In this document: positions 29,102 to 39,267 of the stretch, in pieces | Layout: each line of letters starts with the position of its first letter | Numbering within the stretch: position 1 is the first letter of the stretch | DNA from: Planctomycetota bacterium | Lineage (GTDB): Bacteria; Planctomycetota; UBA1135; UBA2386 | DNA: 64,000 nt | Direction: 5' to 3' | Assembly: GCA_965228735.1 (NCBI GenBank) | Contig: OZ245838.1 | Location: 5,824,001-5,888,000 of the forward strand | The notes under the pieces: model-generated | The model's database searches: none | Seen by the model: the letters and a program-made list of their open reading frames with translations, nothing else | Told to the model about the DNA's origin: nothing | Translations under genes and position numbers: made by a program

Positions 29102-30040
29102 ATGGAAGGCGTTGCCGATGCCGCGCTAGATCCCGTTCGACGGGCGCTCGCAGAAGACCTGGGTCGGGTCGATCTCGACCTGGCTGCGGACGTGACCACG
29201 CGACTGGCGTTGCCCGGTGTCGGTCGCGGGCGTGCCGTCATGGTCAGCAAGGCCACGGGTGTGTTGGCCGGCCTGGACTGCGCGACCGAGGCCTTTCGCC
29301 TGCTCGATCCCGAGGCCGTGATCGCCACGCGGCGCAGCGACGGGGACGCGGTCGAGCCGGGCGACGAGGTGCTGACGGTCGACGCCGAGGTCCACGCGTT
29401 GCTCGTGGCCGAGCGCACGGCCCTCAACTTCGTGCAGCGGCTCTCCGGTGTCGCGACGTTGACGCGCCGCTTCGTCGACGCGGTCGCGGGCACCGGGGCG
29501 CGCATCCTCGACACCCGCAAGACCACACCGGGGCTGCGTGACCTCGAGAAGCGCGCGGTCGTCGCCGGTGGCGGCGAGAACCACCGCATCGGGCTGTTCG
29601 ATCAGGTCTTGCTCAAGGAGAACCACTTCGCCCTCGCGGGCGTGGGGGCGACCGGTCTGACGTTCGAGGACGTCGTCCGGCGCTGCTCCGGCACCGACGC
29701 TCCGGAGGCGCCCGTGATCGCCGAGGCCCGGACGGTCGACGAGGCCGTTGCCGCGGTGCGCGGCGGCGCCGAGGTCGTGCTGCTCGACAATTTCGCGCCG
29801 GGTCAGCTGCTGCGGGCTGCCGTCGCAGCCGTGCATGCGGCAGCGCACGAACTGTCGCGCCGCGTCGAGACCGAGGCGTCGGGCGGGATCCGGCTCGACA
29901 CCGTGCGCGCGTTCGCCGAGTCGGGCGTCGATCGCATCTCGGTCGGCGCGCTGACGCATTCGGCGCCCGCCCTGGACCTGTCGCTCCTCGTGACCGGGAC
30001 CGAGTCCGATGCGGCCCGGACGAAAGGGGGCGGCGCGTGA
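29102..30040 (+). CDS. nadC: Nicotinate-nucleotide diphosphorylase (carboxylating)
   Basis: ERTALN, DTRKTTPGLR, NHR.GL.D..LLKENH, LLDN, EASGGI and ISVGALTHS motifs. Confidence 0.95.
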   Translation: MEGVADAALDPVRRALAEDLGRVDLDLAADVTTRLALPGVGRGRAVMVSKATGVLAGLDCATEAFRLLDPEAVIATRRSDGDAVEPGDEVLTVDAEVHALLVAERTALNFVQRLSGVATLTRRFVDAVAGTGARILDTRKTTPGLRDLEKRAVVAGGGENHRIGLFDQVLLKENHFALAGVGATGLTFEDVVRRCSGTDAPEAPVIAEARTVDEAVAAVRGGAEVVLLDNFAPGQLLRAAVAAVHAAAHELSRRVETEASGGIRLDTVRAFAESGVDRISVGALTHSAPALDLSLLVTGTESDAARTKGGGA

Positions 30041-30462
30041 GTCACGAATTGACCTTCCTGCCCGAGCCGGGCGTGCTGCGCCAGGTGCGCGAGGACGTGC
30101 GGCAGGCCGCGGCGAAGCTCGGCGCCGAAGAACGGGTGTGCGACACCGCCGCGCTCGTCGTCGACGAACTGGTGAACAACGCGATCGAGCACGGCGTCGC
30201 CTACCGCCGGCACGGCCACGAACTCGAGGTGCGCGTGCTGCCGGCGTCGAGCGGCATCGAGCTCGTGTTCCACGACCCCGAGATGCCGGCGCAGGAAGTG
30301 ACCGACCTCGCCGCGGCGCTCGCCGTCGCGAACGACATGCCGTCGCTCGAGAACGAGCGCGGCCGTGGCCTGTTCCTCATGTCGATCTACCTGTCGGGTC
30401 TCAAGGTCGAGGCCGACAGCCGTGGCGGCATGTCGCTGCGCGGCGTGATCGAGAACGCATGA
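30037..30462 (+). CDS. RsbW-like anti-sigma factor / HATPase_c_2 protein
   Basis: LVVDELVNNAIEHG and ERGRGLFLM motifs. Confidence 0.8.
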   Translation: MSHELTFLPEPGVLRQVREDVRQAAAKLGAEERVCDTAALVVDELVNNAIEHGVAYRRHGHELEVRVLPASSGIELVFHDPEMPAQEVTDLAAALAVANDMPSLENERGRGLFLMSIYLSGLKVEADSRGGMSLRGVIENA

Positions 30463-31064
30463 GCGATCGCGCGCCCGCCCGGGTCGCCGACGCTGGCGAC
30501 GGTCGGGAGGCAGACGCCGGCCGCGCAACTCCGGAGCGCGATGCCCCCGGCTGGGCCCGCAGCCTCGGCGTGAGCCTCCTCGACCTCGCGTTGCGGGTGC
30601 CGTTCGCCATCCGCATCACGTTGCCGTTCGGAATCATGGCGGTGCTGTGGTTCTCCTCCTCCCGCAAGCCGGGTGGGCCGGCGCTGAGCGTGGCCTGGTC
30701 GTTCGTGCACAACAGCGCCCACGTCGTCGCGTTCTTCGGACTCGCCGGCGCCTGGCTCCTGGCCCTGCTCGCGCGTGACCGTTCGGCGCCCGTGCCCGAG
30801 CGACGCATCGTTCGGGCCCGAGCCGCGACGTTCGTCGCCGCGCTGAGCTTGGCGATCGGCTACGGCATCGTCGACGAACTGCACCAGAGCTACGTCCCGG
30901 GTCGCGACAGCTCCGTCTACGACGTGGTCTCGGACGCCTGCGGCGCGGTGCTCGCGGCGCTGTTCGTGTTCTGGCTCGTGCGCGGCCGCAGGAGCGCGCT
31001 GATCGGCCTGTTGCTGACCGCTCTGGCCGCGCTGGCCGGAGTGTCCGCGGCGACGTTCCTGTAG
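30459..31064 (+). CDS. VanZ-family membrane protein
   Basis: NSAHVVAF and YGIVDELHQSYVPGRDSS..D…D motifs. Confidence 0.85.
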   Translation: MSDRAPARVADAGDGREADAGRATPERDAPGWARSLGVSLLDLALRVPFAIRITLPFGIMAVLWFSSSRKPGGPALSVAWSFVHNSAHVVAFFGLAGAWLLALLARDRSAPVPERRIVRARAATFVAALSLAIGYGIVDELHQSYVPGRDSSVYDVVSDACGAVLAALFVFWLVRGRRSALIGLLLTALAALAGVSAATFL

Positions 31065-31137
31065 GGATCGCAGCGGGAGTCCAGGATTCGTGAATCCGAT
31101 CGGGCTGCTCGCGCGTGATTGTAGTGAGACGGACCCG

Positions 31138-33993
31138 ATGACCCCGCTGGAGCAGGAACTGCTGAACCATGCAGCGTCGCTGCGTGCTCTTGCGCTGGCA
31201 CTCGTCGGCGCCGATGGCGCGGATGACCTCGTGCAGGAAACGGCGCTGCATGCCTTGCGCAGTCGGCCGCGATCGGGTGGGCTCGGCGGCTACTTCGCGA
31301 CGATTCTGCGTCGCCTCGCGAGCACCTCTCGACGCCGCGAACGCCAACGCCGGTTGCGCGAGGCGGTGACGGGCGGGCCGGCCGAGACGCTCGGGCCCGA
31401 GGCAGCTGCGGTTCGGGGCGAAGTGCTCGAACGACTGACGGCGGCGCTCATGGCGCTGCCGCCGCACTACCGCGACGCGCTGTTGCACCGTTACTTCCAG
31501 GATCGCCTGCCCGGCGAGATTGCGGCGGAAACCGGTTTGCCGATCGCCACGGTCAAGACCCGGCTACGGCGCGCGCTCGTGCTGCTCCGACAGTCGTTGG
31601 ACGAGGTGGATCCGGGCGGCTGGCGCTCGTCGTTGACGGCCGCGGTCGGTGCGATCCCGGTGGGGCAAGCACCAGCGAGGTTCCTGTTCATGCACACATT
31701 CACGAAACCGATCGCCGCTGGCCTCGTGTTGATCGCGCTCGGTGCGCTCTGGTTCTCGCTGTCGTCGTCCGGGGCGCCGAGCCCGTCGCCAGCTGCGGTG
31801 GGTCAGTCCGCATCCTTGTCCGCCACGGCGCCATCCGTCGAGCCGATCGGCTCCGAATCAACGGTCGAGCGCGAGTTGCGGCGCGATGACGCAGCCGTCG
31901 CGACCACGCCGACGACCGGCTCCGTTCGCATCCGCGTGCGCTACGAACGCGACGGGGCGCCGGCGTCGGGGTTGGGTATCCAGCTGCGCGGTGCAGGAGC
32001 AGGGCACCGGCTGGAGCCGCGCGGCACGACGGACGAACGCGGCGAGTTCGCCTTCGACCGCGTGCCGCCCGGTCGGTTCACGTTGACGACGGTGTGTGCA
32101 CATCCGCCCATTTCGGTGACGGTCGAGGCGGGGCGCCAGGTGCAAGTCGAGTATCGCATCGAAGCCGGCGTGCGCGTTCGCGGCCTCGTCGTTGACCCTG
32201 ACGGCATTCCCGTGCCGGGCGCGAACATCGAGCACGTGCCGTACACCCGGACGGACTGCGATCCCACGGTCGTCGCGCAGACGGATGCGAACGGCGCATT
32301 CACGGTTCGTGACCTGCCGTCGCCATGCTTGGTCGGCGCGCGGGCCAACGGGTTCGTCGCCTCGCGGCTGAGTTTCGTCGAAGGCAACGCCGGCACCGGT
32401 GTCGAACTGCGGCTGGAACTGGCGCGTGGTGGTGGTGCCGTCGCGGGCATCGTCGTCGATGAGACCGGTCAGCCGATCGCGGATGCCTCGGTAGCGATCG
32501 GCGGAGGCGACGTCACCGGCTTCTCACCGGGTGGCGACTTCGGTCGGCCCGGGCCGGCCGTCGTGCGAACGGCGCAAGACGGGCGGTTCGTCGCCCTCGG
32601 GTTGCCGCCGGGGCCGCAGCCCGTGCAGGTCGTGGCCGCCGCGCACGCGAGTCAGCGCACGGTGTGCGATGTCGTGGAGTATACGACCGTGCCGCTACGG
32701 ATCGTGATGGCGGCAGAGGCCCTCATCCATGGTCTCGTTCTCGGCGATGACGGCACGCCGGTCGAAGGCGCTCGAGTTCGCGTTGGCGATCGCCGGGCGC
32801 TCGATTTCGTTCAGGCACGGTCGGATGCCGCCGGTCGGTTCGCGGTGCGCGGGCTCGGTCCGGGACGCCACACCGTGAACTGTTGGCATGCGGCGAAAGG
32901 CAAGGCCGAGGTCCAACTCGTCGCAGGGCACGACGACGCAGCGATCCAGACGGTTCGGTTGAGTCGCGGAGTCGTTCGCACGGGAACGGTCACGGATGAA
33001 CACGGTGAACCGTTGGCGGGCATCACGATCCGGGGACTCGTCCTGGTCGAACCGGCGTGGAGTCGACTCACGCGTTCGGATGCCGATGGCCGCTTCGAGT
33101 TCTCGTCCTGCCCGGTCGACCGCAGCTTTCACGTGCACGCGAGCGGCGAGGGGTTCGTGCAGGCGCGCCGCTACGGCATCGAACCTGGCGGTGAGCCGAT
33201 CGCGATCGTGATGCGCCGCGAGCCGCCGGCCACGGCATCCGTCGTCGGAACCGTGCACGGGTCCGGCGGGGCTCCGTTGCCCGACGTGAGTGTCGCATTC
33301 CAATCGCGAACACCCGGGCGAGCCGTGCATGCGGTCACTGACGCCGAAGGCCGATTCGCATCGGAGCGGATCGTTCCGGGCAACTGGCGCGTAGCACTCT
33401 CGCATCCCGGCCATCCGAAGTGGCGGAGCTCGAGGCGGGAGCTCGGGGCGAACGAAGTCTGGGATCTGGGCGTCGTGCAGCTGCCGCTGACTGGTCGTGC
33501 GCACGTGACGGTTCGCGGCGCACACGAGGCCGAGGGCCTGCATCTGCGTATCGTCGAACGGGCAACGGGCTGCCCGAGCACGCTGACCGAGCGAGCCGAA
33601 GGGTTCGATTCGGGTCGGCTCGCTCCGGGTCGTCACGATCTCTTCCTGATGGGCGGTGCGTGCGCGTTGCAGTCCGTGCCGTTCACCGTGACGGCGGGCG
33701 AGACGACGAACGTGGAGGTCCGGACGACGCCGGGTGTCGTGCAGACCGTCGAATGTGACACGCGGGCGATCGACAACCTGGCCGGGCTGTCCGTTCTGGT
33801 CGATCGCGACGGCGTTCGCGTGGGGCGGGGATGGGCGCCGATCGAGCGCGGCGTCGCGCGCTCGGAGCTTCGCTTGGCGCCTGGGAAGTACTCGATCGAG
33901 TTCGTCGTTCCGTGGCTCGATACCATCGTCGCGGCGGGTGAGGTGACCGTCGCCGACGGCGTCCCTGGCACCGCGAGATGGACGGCGCGTTGA
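31138..33993 (+). CDS. ECF sigma-70 factor fused via a TM helix to carboxypeptidase-regulatory-like repeats
   Basis: Sigma2 ADDLVQET; sigma4 LP..YRDALL.RY…EIA..TG.P..TVKTRLRRA; TM IAAGLVLIALGALWF; repeated G.VVD..G.P..GA. Confidence 0.88.
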   Translation: MTPLEQELLNHAASLRALALALVGADGADDLVQETALHALRSRPRSGGLGGYFATILRRLASTSRRRERQRRLREAVTGGPAETLGPEAAAVRGEVLERLTAALMALPPHYRDALLHRYFQDRLPGEIAAETGLPIATVKTRLRRALVLLRQSLDEVDPGGWRSSLTAAVGAIPVGQAPARFLFMHTFTKPIAAGLVLIALGALWFSLSSSGAPSPSPAAVGQSASLSATAPSVEPIGSESTVERELRRDDAAVATTPTTGSVRIRVRYERDGAPASGLGIQLRGAGAGHRLEPRGTTDERGEFAFDRVPPGRFTLTTVCAHPPISVTVEAGRQVQVEYRIEAGVRVRGLVVDPDGIPVPGANIEHVPYTRTDCDPTVVAQTDANGAFTVRDLPSPCLVGARANGFVASRLSFVEGNAGTGVELRLELARGGGAVAGIVVDETGQPIADASVAIGGGDVTGFSPGGDFGRPGPAVVRTAQDGRFVALGLPPGPQPVQVVAAAHASQRTVCDVVEYTTVPLRIVMAAEALIHGLVLGDDGTPVEGARVRVGDRRALDFVQARSDAAGRFAVRGLGPGRHTVNCWHAAKGKAEVQLVAGHDDAAIQTVRLSRGVVRTGTVTDEHGEPLAGITIRGLVLVEPAWSRLTRSDADGRFEFSSCPVDRSFHVHASGEGFVQARRYGIEPGGEPIAIVMRREPPATASVVGTVHGSGGAPLPDVSVAFQSRTPGRAVHAVTDAEGRFASERIVPGNWRVALSHPGHPKWRSSRRELGANEVWDLGVVQLPLTGRAHVTVRGAHEAEGLHLRIVERATGCPSTLTERAEGFDSGRLAPGRHDLFLMGGACALQSVPFTVTAGETTNVEVRTTPGVVQTVECDTRAIDNLAGLSVLVDRDGVRVGRGWAPIERGVARSELRLAPGKYSIEFVVPWLDTIVAAGEVTVADGVPGTARWTAR

Positions 33994-34209
33994 TTCGCCT
34001 CAGAACGGGAGGTTGTCTGCAACGCCAGCCGCGCGTTCGCGCTGTGTCCTCGCAGCGAGACAGCAGCGGTCGCCCTGGCGTTCGAAAGCGACGCGCTGGC
34101 GAGACAGAGTCGGGCGCCCTCGAACGGGATCGCGTCGCGGGTGAGCCGTGGACGCGAGACCGGGGATCCGTGCAACGCGCGGCACGACTTTCGCGCTGAG
34201 GGGATCGCT

Positions 34210-34872
34210 ATGAAGCGATTCCCGTTGTTCCTCGTGGCGACCACTCTGTTGGTTACCGTCTCCGCATCTGCTCAGCGCGGTTCGCGCTCCGAGCGCAACG
34301 TGCGCGGGGGAGTCGCGGCTTCCCGTCACGTTGGCAACCACAATGTCTCGCCGGCTTCGCGGTCGGTTGCGCAGCGCGCGGCCACATCGAGGCAGACTGT
34401 CCGCGCGGGTAGTCGGGTCGTGTCCAACAACGCCGAGCTGCGTCGCGGTTCGCGGTCGTCGGCGCGCACTTCGGGGCGTTCCGAACGGTCGCAGCGCGGG
34501 GCGGCGCCTGGCGTCCGACTCGAGACGACTTCACGTGGTTTCGAACGCGGTCGCTCGCACGGCTATCGCAACGGTCGCGGTGTGATCGGCTTCGAACGTG
34601 GGCGTATCGAACGCGGCGTGCGCGGGCGTGGCCACGGCCACCAGCGCGTGTTCCGTCGCGGCTTCGGCTGGGGCTACTGGCAGGTCCGCACCGAGCGCGT
34701 GCTCGTCGAGGCCGGCCACTGGCACCGGCAGCACGTGCCCGCGGTCTACGGCTGGCTCTACGACTCTTGTGGCAACCGCTACTGGGGCATCGTGACGCCC
34801 GCCTGTTGGGAGCGCGTGTGGTGCCCGCCGCGGTACGAGAACCGCAGCTGCCGGGTCTGGGTCCGCTGCTGA
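34210..34872 (+). CDS. Secreted Arg/Ser-rich protein with a Trp/Cys-rich C-terminal beta-hairpin region
   Basis: Signal peptide MKRFPLFLVATTLLVTVSASA-Q; GHW…VPAVY and WERVWCPPRY repeats. Confidence 0.65.
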   Translation: MKRFPLFLVATTLLVTVSASAQRGSRSERNVRGGVAASRHVGNHNVSPASRSVAQRAATSRQTVRAGSRVVSNNAELRRGSRSSARTSGRSERSQRGAAPGVRLETTSRGFERGRSHGYRNGRGVIGFERGRIERGVRGRGHGHQRVFRRGFGWGYWQVRTERVLVEAGHWHRQHVPAVYGWLYDSCGNRYWGIVTPACWERVWCPPRYENRSCRVWVRC

Positions 34873-34895
34873 AACGGCAACGACGACCGCACCTG

Positions 34896-34928
34896 CTGAC
34901 CCGGGGCCGCACCCGCGGCCCCGGTCAG
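34896..34928 (+). terminator. Strong hairpin, probable terminator
   Basis: ctgac(c)cggggccgc-accc-gcggccccggtcag. Confidence 0.5.
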
Positions 34929-34968
34929 AACGTGGCAGAATCGGCGTTCATTGGTTAGACAGGGGTCA

Positions 34969-36405
34969 ATGACCGACCAGGGTGAACGCTTCGACCACCC
35001 GCTGATCGAACGCTACAGCAGCCGCGAGATGGCGGCGCTCTTCTCGCCGCGCGCGCGGCACGGCGCCTGGCGCGACCTCTGGATCGCGCTCGCGAAAGCG
35101 CAGCACGCGGCCGGCTTGCCGGTGACCGCGGAGCAGATCGCGCAGCTCGAGGACAAGCGCGACGAGTTCGACTTCGCGCGCGTTCGGGAGATCGAGAAAG
35201 AGCTGCGCCACGACGTGATGGCGCACGTCACGCACTACGGCGAGCTCGCGCCGCTCGCCAAGCCGATCATCCACCTCGGCGCGACGAGCTGCTTCGTCAC
35301 CGACAACGGCGACCTCGTGCTCTACCGCGAAGCGCTGCGGCTCGTCGAGCAACGCCTCGCCGCGTGCGTGCGCGCGCTCGCCGACTTCGCCAAGGAATGG
35401 CGCAGTGAGCCGTGCCTCGGCTACACCCACTTCCAGGTCGCGCAGCCCGTCACGGTCGGCAAGCGCGCGTGTCTGTGGGCGCAGGATCTCGCGATGGACC
35501 TCGACGAGATCCGTCGCATCATCGAGTGGCTGCCGTTCCGCGGCGTCAAGGGCACGACCGGCACGCAGGCGACGTTCCTCACGCTCGCCGGCGGCGATCA
35601 CGAACGCGTCGCCAAGGTCGATGCCGCGGTGCGCGATGCGATGGGGTTCGAGCGCACGATCGCCGTCAGCGGTCAGACCTATACGCGCAAGATCGACTGG
35701 ACGATCCACCAGGCATTGTCCGGCATCGCGCAGTCCGCAGCGAAGTTCGGCAACGACCTGCGCCTCTTGTCGCACGAGGGCGAGATCGAAGAACCGAGCG
35801 AGAAGAAGCAGATCGGCAGCTCGGCGATGGCCTACAAGAAGAACCCGATGCGCAGCGAGCGCGTCTGCGCCCTCGCGCGCTACGTGATCGAAGCCGCGGG
35901 CACGAGCGCGCACACGGCCGCGACGCAGTGGCTCGAACGCACGCTCGACGACTCCGCCGTGCGCCGCATCGCGATCCCCGAGAGTTTTCTCGCGATCGAC
36001 GGCATCCTCATGCTCGTCGAGAACGTCGCGCGCGGTCTCGTGGTCTACCCGAAGGTCATCCGCAAGAAGCTGAACGCGCAGCTGCCGTTCCTCGCGACCG
36101 AGGAGATCCTCATGGCCGGCGTGCAGCAGGGCGGCGATCGTCAAGAACTGCACGAGCGGGTTCGCGTGCACAGCCGGGCGGCGGCCCACGCGATCAAGGC
36201 GGAAGGCAAGGACAACCCGCTGATGGACCTGATCATGGCCGACCCGGCGTTCGCCGCGATCAAGGACGACCTCCCGAGCCTGCTCGACCCGAGCCGCTTC
36301 GTCGGGCGGGCGCCGGAGCAGGTCGATGCGTTCTTGCAGAACGAGGTCGAACCGCGGCTCGCCGGCGGCGCTGGTGCTGGCGTGCGGAGCGAGGTCCGGG
36401 TGTAG
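34969..36405 (+). CDS. purB: Adenylosuccinate lyase
   Basis: RHDVMAH, IHLGATS, GYTHFQ.AQP.TVGKR and GSSAMAYKKNPMRSE signature. Confidence 0.95.
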   Translation: MTDQGERFDHPLIERYSSREMAALFSPRARHGAWRDLWIALAKAQHAAGLPVTAEQIAQLEDKRDEFDFARVREIEKELRHDVMAHVTHYGELAPLAKPIIHLGATSCFVTDNGDLVLYREALRLVEQRLAACVRALADFAKEWRSEPCLGYTHFQVAQPVTVGKRACLWAQDLAMDLDEIRRIIEWLPFRGVKGTTGTQATFLTLAGGDHERVAKVDAAVRDAMGFERTIAVSGQTYTRKIDWTIHQALSGIAQSAAKFGNDLRLLSHEGEIEEPSEKKQIGSSAMAYKKNPMRSERVCALARYVIEAAGTSAHTAATQWLERTLDDSAVRRIAIPESFLAIDGILMLVENVARGLVVYPKVIRKKLNAQLPFLATEEILMAGVQQGGDRQELHERVRVHSRAAAHAIKAEGKDNPLMDLIMADPAFAAIKDDLPSLLDPSRFVGRAPEQVDAFLQNEVEPRLAGGAGAGVRSEVRV

Positions 36406-36473
36406 CGCCGGCGCGGGCGGTCCGGAGAGCAGGCCATGCCCGGACCGAGCGCGCCAGGAGTCTACGGGTGATA

Positions 36474-36610
36474 TGCCAATGTGGCGCTCCACGCCATCGG
36501 CATGTCAACATGGCACGATCGGACGGCTGGTGCTTTGGTTGTGCATGGATCGTAAGTAGCTATAGCAAGGTATCTAACGCTTAGTGTGGGGGGGCGGCAC
36601 GGAAGTCGCA
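36474..36610 (+). promoter_or_regulatory. Sigma54 (-24/-12) promoter of clpB with an IHF-like site and two palindromic enhancer-like sites
   Basis: cGGCACGGAAGTcGCA at 36595-36610 (GG-N10-GC); TATCTAACGCTTA at 36571-36583; TGCCA-N3-TGGCG at 36474 and TGTCA-N3-TGGCA at 36503. Confidence 0.65.
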
Positions 36611-36630
36611 CATGGAAGGCCATGGTTGCG

Positions 36631-39267
36631 ATGGAGAAACTGACCCAGAAGTCCCAGGAGGCCCTCCAGCTGGCCCAGACCAAGGCCGTCACCTTCGGTC
36701 ACCAGCAGGTCGATGTCGGCCACCTTCTCACGGCGCTCGTCGAGCCGGCCGACGGTCTCGTCGCGCGGCTGCTGCAGCGCATGCAGGTTCCCGCCGACGT
36801 GCTGCAGGGCGCGGTCGAGGCCGAGCTGCGCAAGGCGCCGAAGGTCTCCGGACCGGGCTTCGAGGCCGACAAGATCTACCTGACGCAGGAGCTCGCGGCG
36901 GTGCTGACCGCGGCCGAGCAGCGCGCGGGCAAGATGCGCGACGAGTACGTCTCCGTCGAGCACCTGTTCCTCGCGATTCTCGGCTCGGCCAAGAACGGGC
37001 TCGCGGACGTCTTCAAGTCGTTCGCGCTCGACGAGGGCCGGTTCCTCAACGCGCTGAAGGAGGTGCGCGGCAATCAACGCGTGCAGAGCAACAACCCCGA
37101 GGCGACCTACGAGGCGCTCGAGCGCTACGGCCGCGACCTCGTGGAGCTCTGCAAGGCCGGCAAGATGGACCCGGTGATCGGCCGCGACGAGGAGATCCGG
37201 CGCGTGATCCGCATCCTCTCGCGCAAGACCAAGAACAACCCCGTGCTCATCGGCGAACCCGGCGTCGGCAAGACCGCGATCGCCGAGGGGCTCGCGCAAC
37301 GCATCGTGCGCGGTGACGTGCCCGAGGGCCTCAAGGACCGGACGGTGTTCGCGCTCGACATGGGCAGCCTCGTCGCCGGCGCGAAGTACCGCGGTGAGTT
37401 CGAGGAGCGCTTGAAGGCCGTGCTCAACGAGGTGACGCAGAGCGAGGGCCGCATCCTGCTCTTCATCGACGAGCTGCACACGATCGTCGGCGCCGGCAAG
37501 GCCGACGGTGCGATGGACGCGGGGAACATGCTCAAGCCGATGCTCGCGCGCGGCGAACTGCACTGCATCGGCGCGACGACGCTCGACGAGTATCGCCAGC
37601 ACATCGAGAAGGACGCGGCGCTCGAGCGGCGCTTCCAGCCCGTCGTCGTCGATCAGCCGACGGTCGAGGACACCGTGTCGATCCTGCGCGGCCTGCGCGA
37701 GCGCTTCGAGGTGCACCACGGCGTCAAGATCCAGGACGCGGCGCTCGTCAACGCGACGGTGCTGTCGCACCGCTACATCACGGACCGATTCCTGCCGGAC
37801 AAGGCGATCGACCTCGTCGACGAGGCCTGCGCGATGATCCGCACGGAGATCGACTCGCTGCCGACGGAGCTCGACGCGGTGTCGCGCCGGCTGATGCAGC
37901 TCGAGATCGAGGAGACCGCGCTGAGCAAGGAGAAGGACGCCGCGAGCAAGCAGCGGCTCAAGGAGCTCAAGAAGCAGATCCAGGAGCTGCGCGGGCAGGC
38001 CGACGCCCTGCGCGCGCAGTACGAGAGCGAGAAGCAGTCGATCGGCAAGGTCCGAGAGCTGCGCGAGCGGCTCGAGTCGCTGCGGCAGCAGCAGCAGGAC
38101 GCCGAGCGGCGCTACGACATGGACAAGGCCGCCGAGCTCAAGTACGGCGCGATTCCGACGGCCGAGAAGGAGCTCGCGGCCGAGGAGGAGCGCATGGCGG
38201 AGGCCGACGCCGAAGGTGCTGGCAGTGGCCATGGCCGGCTGCTGCGCGAGGAGGTCACGGGCGACGAGATCGCGCAGATCGTCGCGCGCTGGACGGGCAT
38301 CCCGGTCACGCGCCTCGTCGAGGGTGAGCGCGAGAAGCTGCTCAAGCTCGACGAGGTGCTGCACGAGCGCGTGATCGGCCAGGACGAGGCGGTCCAGGCC
38401 GTCGCCGACGCGGTGATTCGCGCACGCAGCGGCATCAAGGATCCGCGGCGACCGATCGGCTCGTTCTTGTTCCTCGGGCCGACGGGTGTCGGCAAGACGG
38501 AGCTCGCGAAGACACTCGCGGAGGCGCTGTTCGACAGCGAGGACAACATCGTGCGCATCGACATGTCCGAGTACATGGAGAAGCACGCGGTCAGCCGTCT
38601 CATCGGCGCGCCGCCGGGCTACGTCGGCTACGACGAGGGCGGGCAGCTCACCGAGGCGGTGCGGCGCAAGCCGTACTCGGTCGTGCTGTTCGACGAGATC
38701 GAGAAGGCGCACCCCGACGTGTTCCACGTGCTGCTGCAGGTGCTCGACGACGGGCGCGTGACGGACAGCCAGGGGCGGACGGTCGACTTCAAGAACACCG
38801 TGGTGATCATGACGTCCAACATCGGCGCGCCGCTCCTGCTCGAGGGCATCACCGCGGACGGTTCGATCAAGGACGCGGCGCGCGATCAGGTGATGGCCGA
38901 GTTGCGGCGTCACTTCCGGCCGGAGCTGCTCAACCGCATCGACGACACTGTGCTGTTCAAGCCGCTGCAGACCGACGAGATCCGCAAGATCGTCGACCTG
39001 CTGCTCGTGGACCTTCGGAAGCGCCTCGCGGATCGCCGCATCACGCTCGACGTGACGGACGAGGCCAAGGCGTTCCTCGGCTACCACGGCTACGACCCGG
39101 TCTACGGCGCGCGGCCGCTCAAGCGGTTCCTGCAGAAGGAGCTCGAGACGCGCCTCGGTCGCCGACTCATCGCCGGCGACATCGCCGACGGCAGCACCGT
39201 GCAGGTCGACATCACCGATGGTGAACTCGTGATCGACAGCGCGAGTGTGCCCGACGGCACGGCGTAG
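36631..39267 (+). CDS. clpB: ATP-dependent disaggregase ClpB
   Basis: [12 protein letters not shown]; two AAA modules ([16 protein letters not shown]); coiled-coil M domain; [13 protein letters not shown]; alternative start 36622. Confidence 0.97.
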   Translation: MEKLTQKSQEALQLAQTKAVTFGHQQVDVGHLLTALVEPADGLVARLLQRMQVPADVLQGAVEAELRKAPKVSGPGFEADKIYLTQELAAVLTAAEQRAGKMRDEYVSVEHLFLAILGSAKNGLADVFKSFALDEGRFLNALKEVRGNQRVQSNNPEATYEALERYGRDLVELCKAGKMDPVIGRDEEIRRVIRILSRKTKNNPVLIGEPGVGKTAIAEGLAQRIVRGDVPEGLKDRTVFALDMGSLVAGAKYRGEFEERLKAVLNEVTQSEGRILLFIDELHTIVGAGKADGAMDAGNMLKPMLARGELHCIGATTLDEYRQHIEKDAALERRFQPVVVDQPTVEDTVSILRGLRERFEVHHGVKIQDAALVNATVLSHRYITDRFLPDKAIDLVDEACAMIRTEIDSLPTELDAVSRRLMQLEIEETALSKEKDAASKQRLKELKKQIQELRGQADALRAQYESEKQSIGKVRELRERLESLRQQQQDAERRYDMDKAAELKYGAIPTAEKELAAEEERMAEADAEGAGSGHGRLLREEVTGDEIAQIVARWTGIPVTRLVEGEREKLLKLDEVLHERVIGQDEAVQAVADAVIRARSGIKDPRRPIGSFLFLGPTGVGKTELAKTLAEALFDSEDNIVRIDMSEYMEKHAVSRLIGAPPGYVGYDEGGQLTEAVRRKPYSVVLFDEIEKAHPDVFHVLLQVLDDGRVTDSQGRTVDFKNTVVIMTSNIGAPLLLEGITADGSIKDAARDQVMAELRRHFRPELLNRIDDTVLFKPLQTDEIRKIVDLLLVDLRKRLADRRITLDVTDEAKAFLGYHGYDPVYGARPLKRFLQKELETRLGRRLIAGDIADGSTVQVDITDGELVIDSASVPDGTA

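Noticed and set aside
36574..39087. 837-aa - strand ORF
   Set aside because: Antisense shadow of clpB
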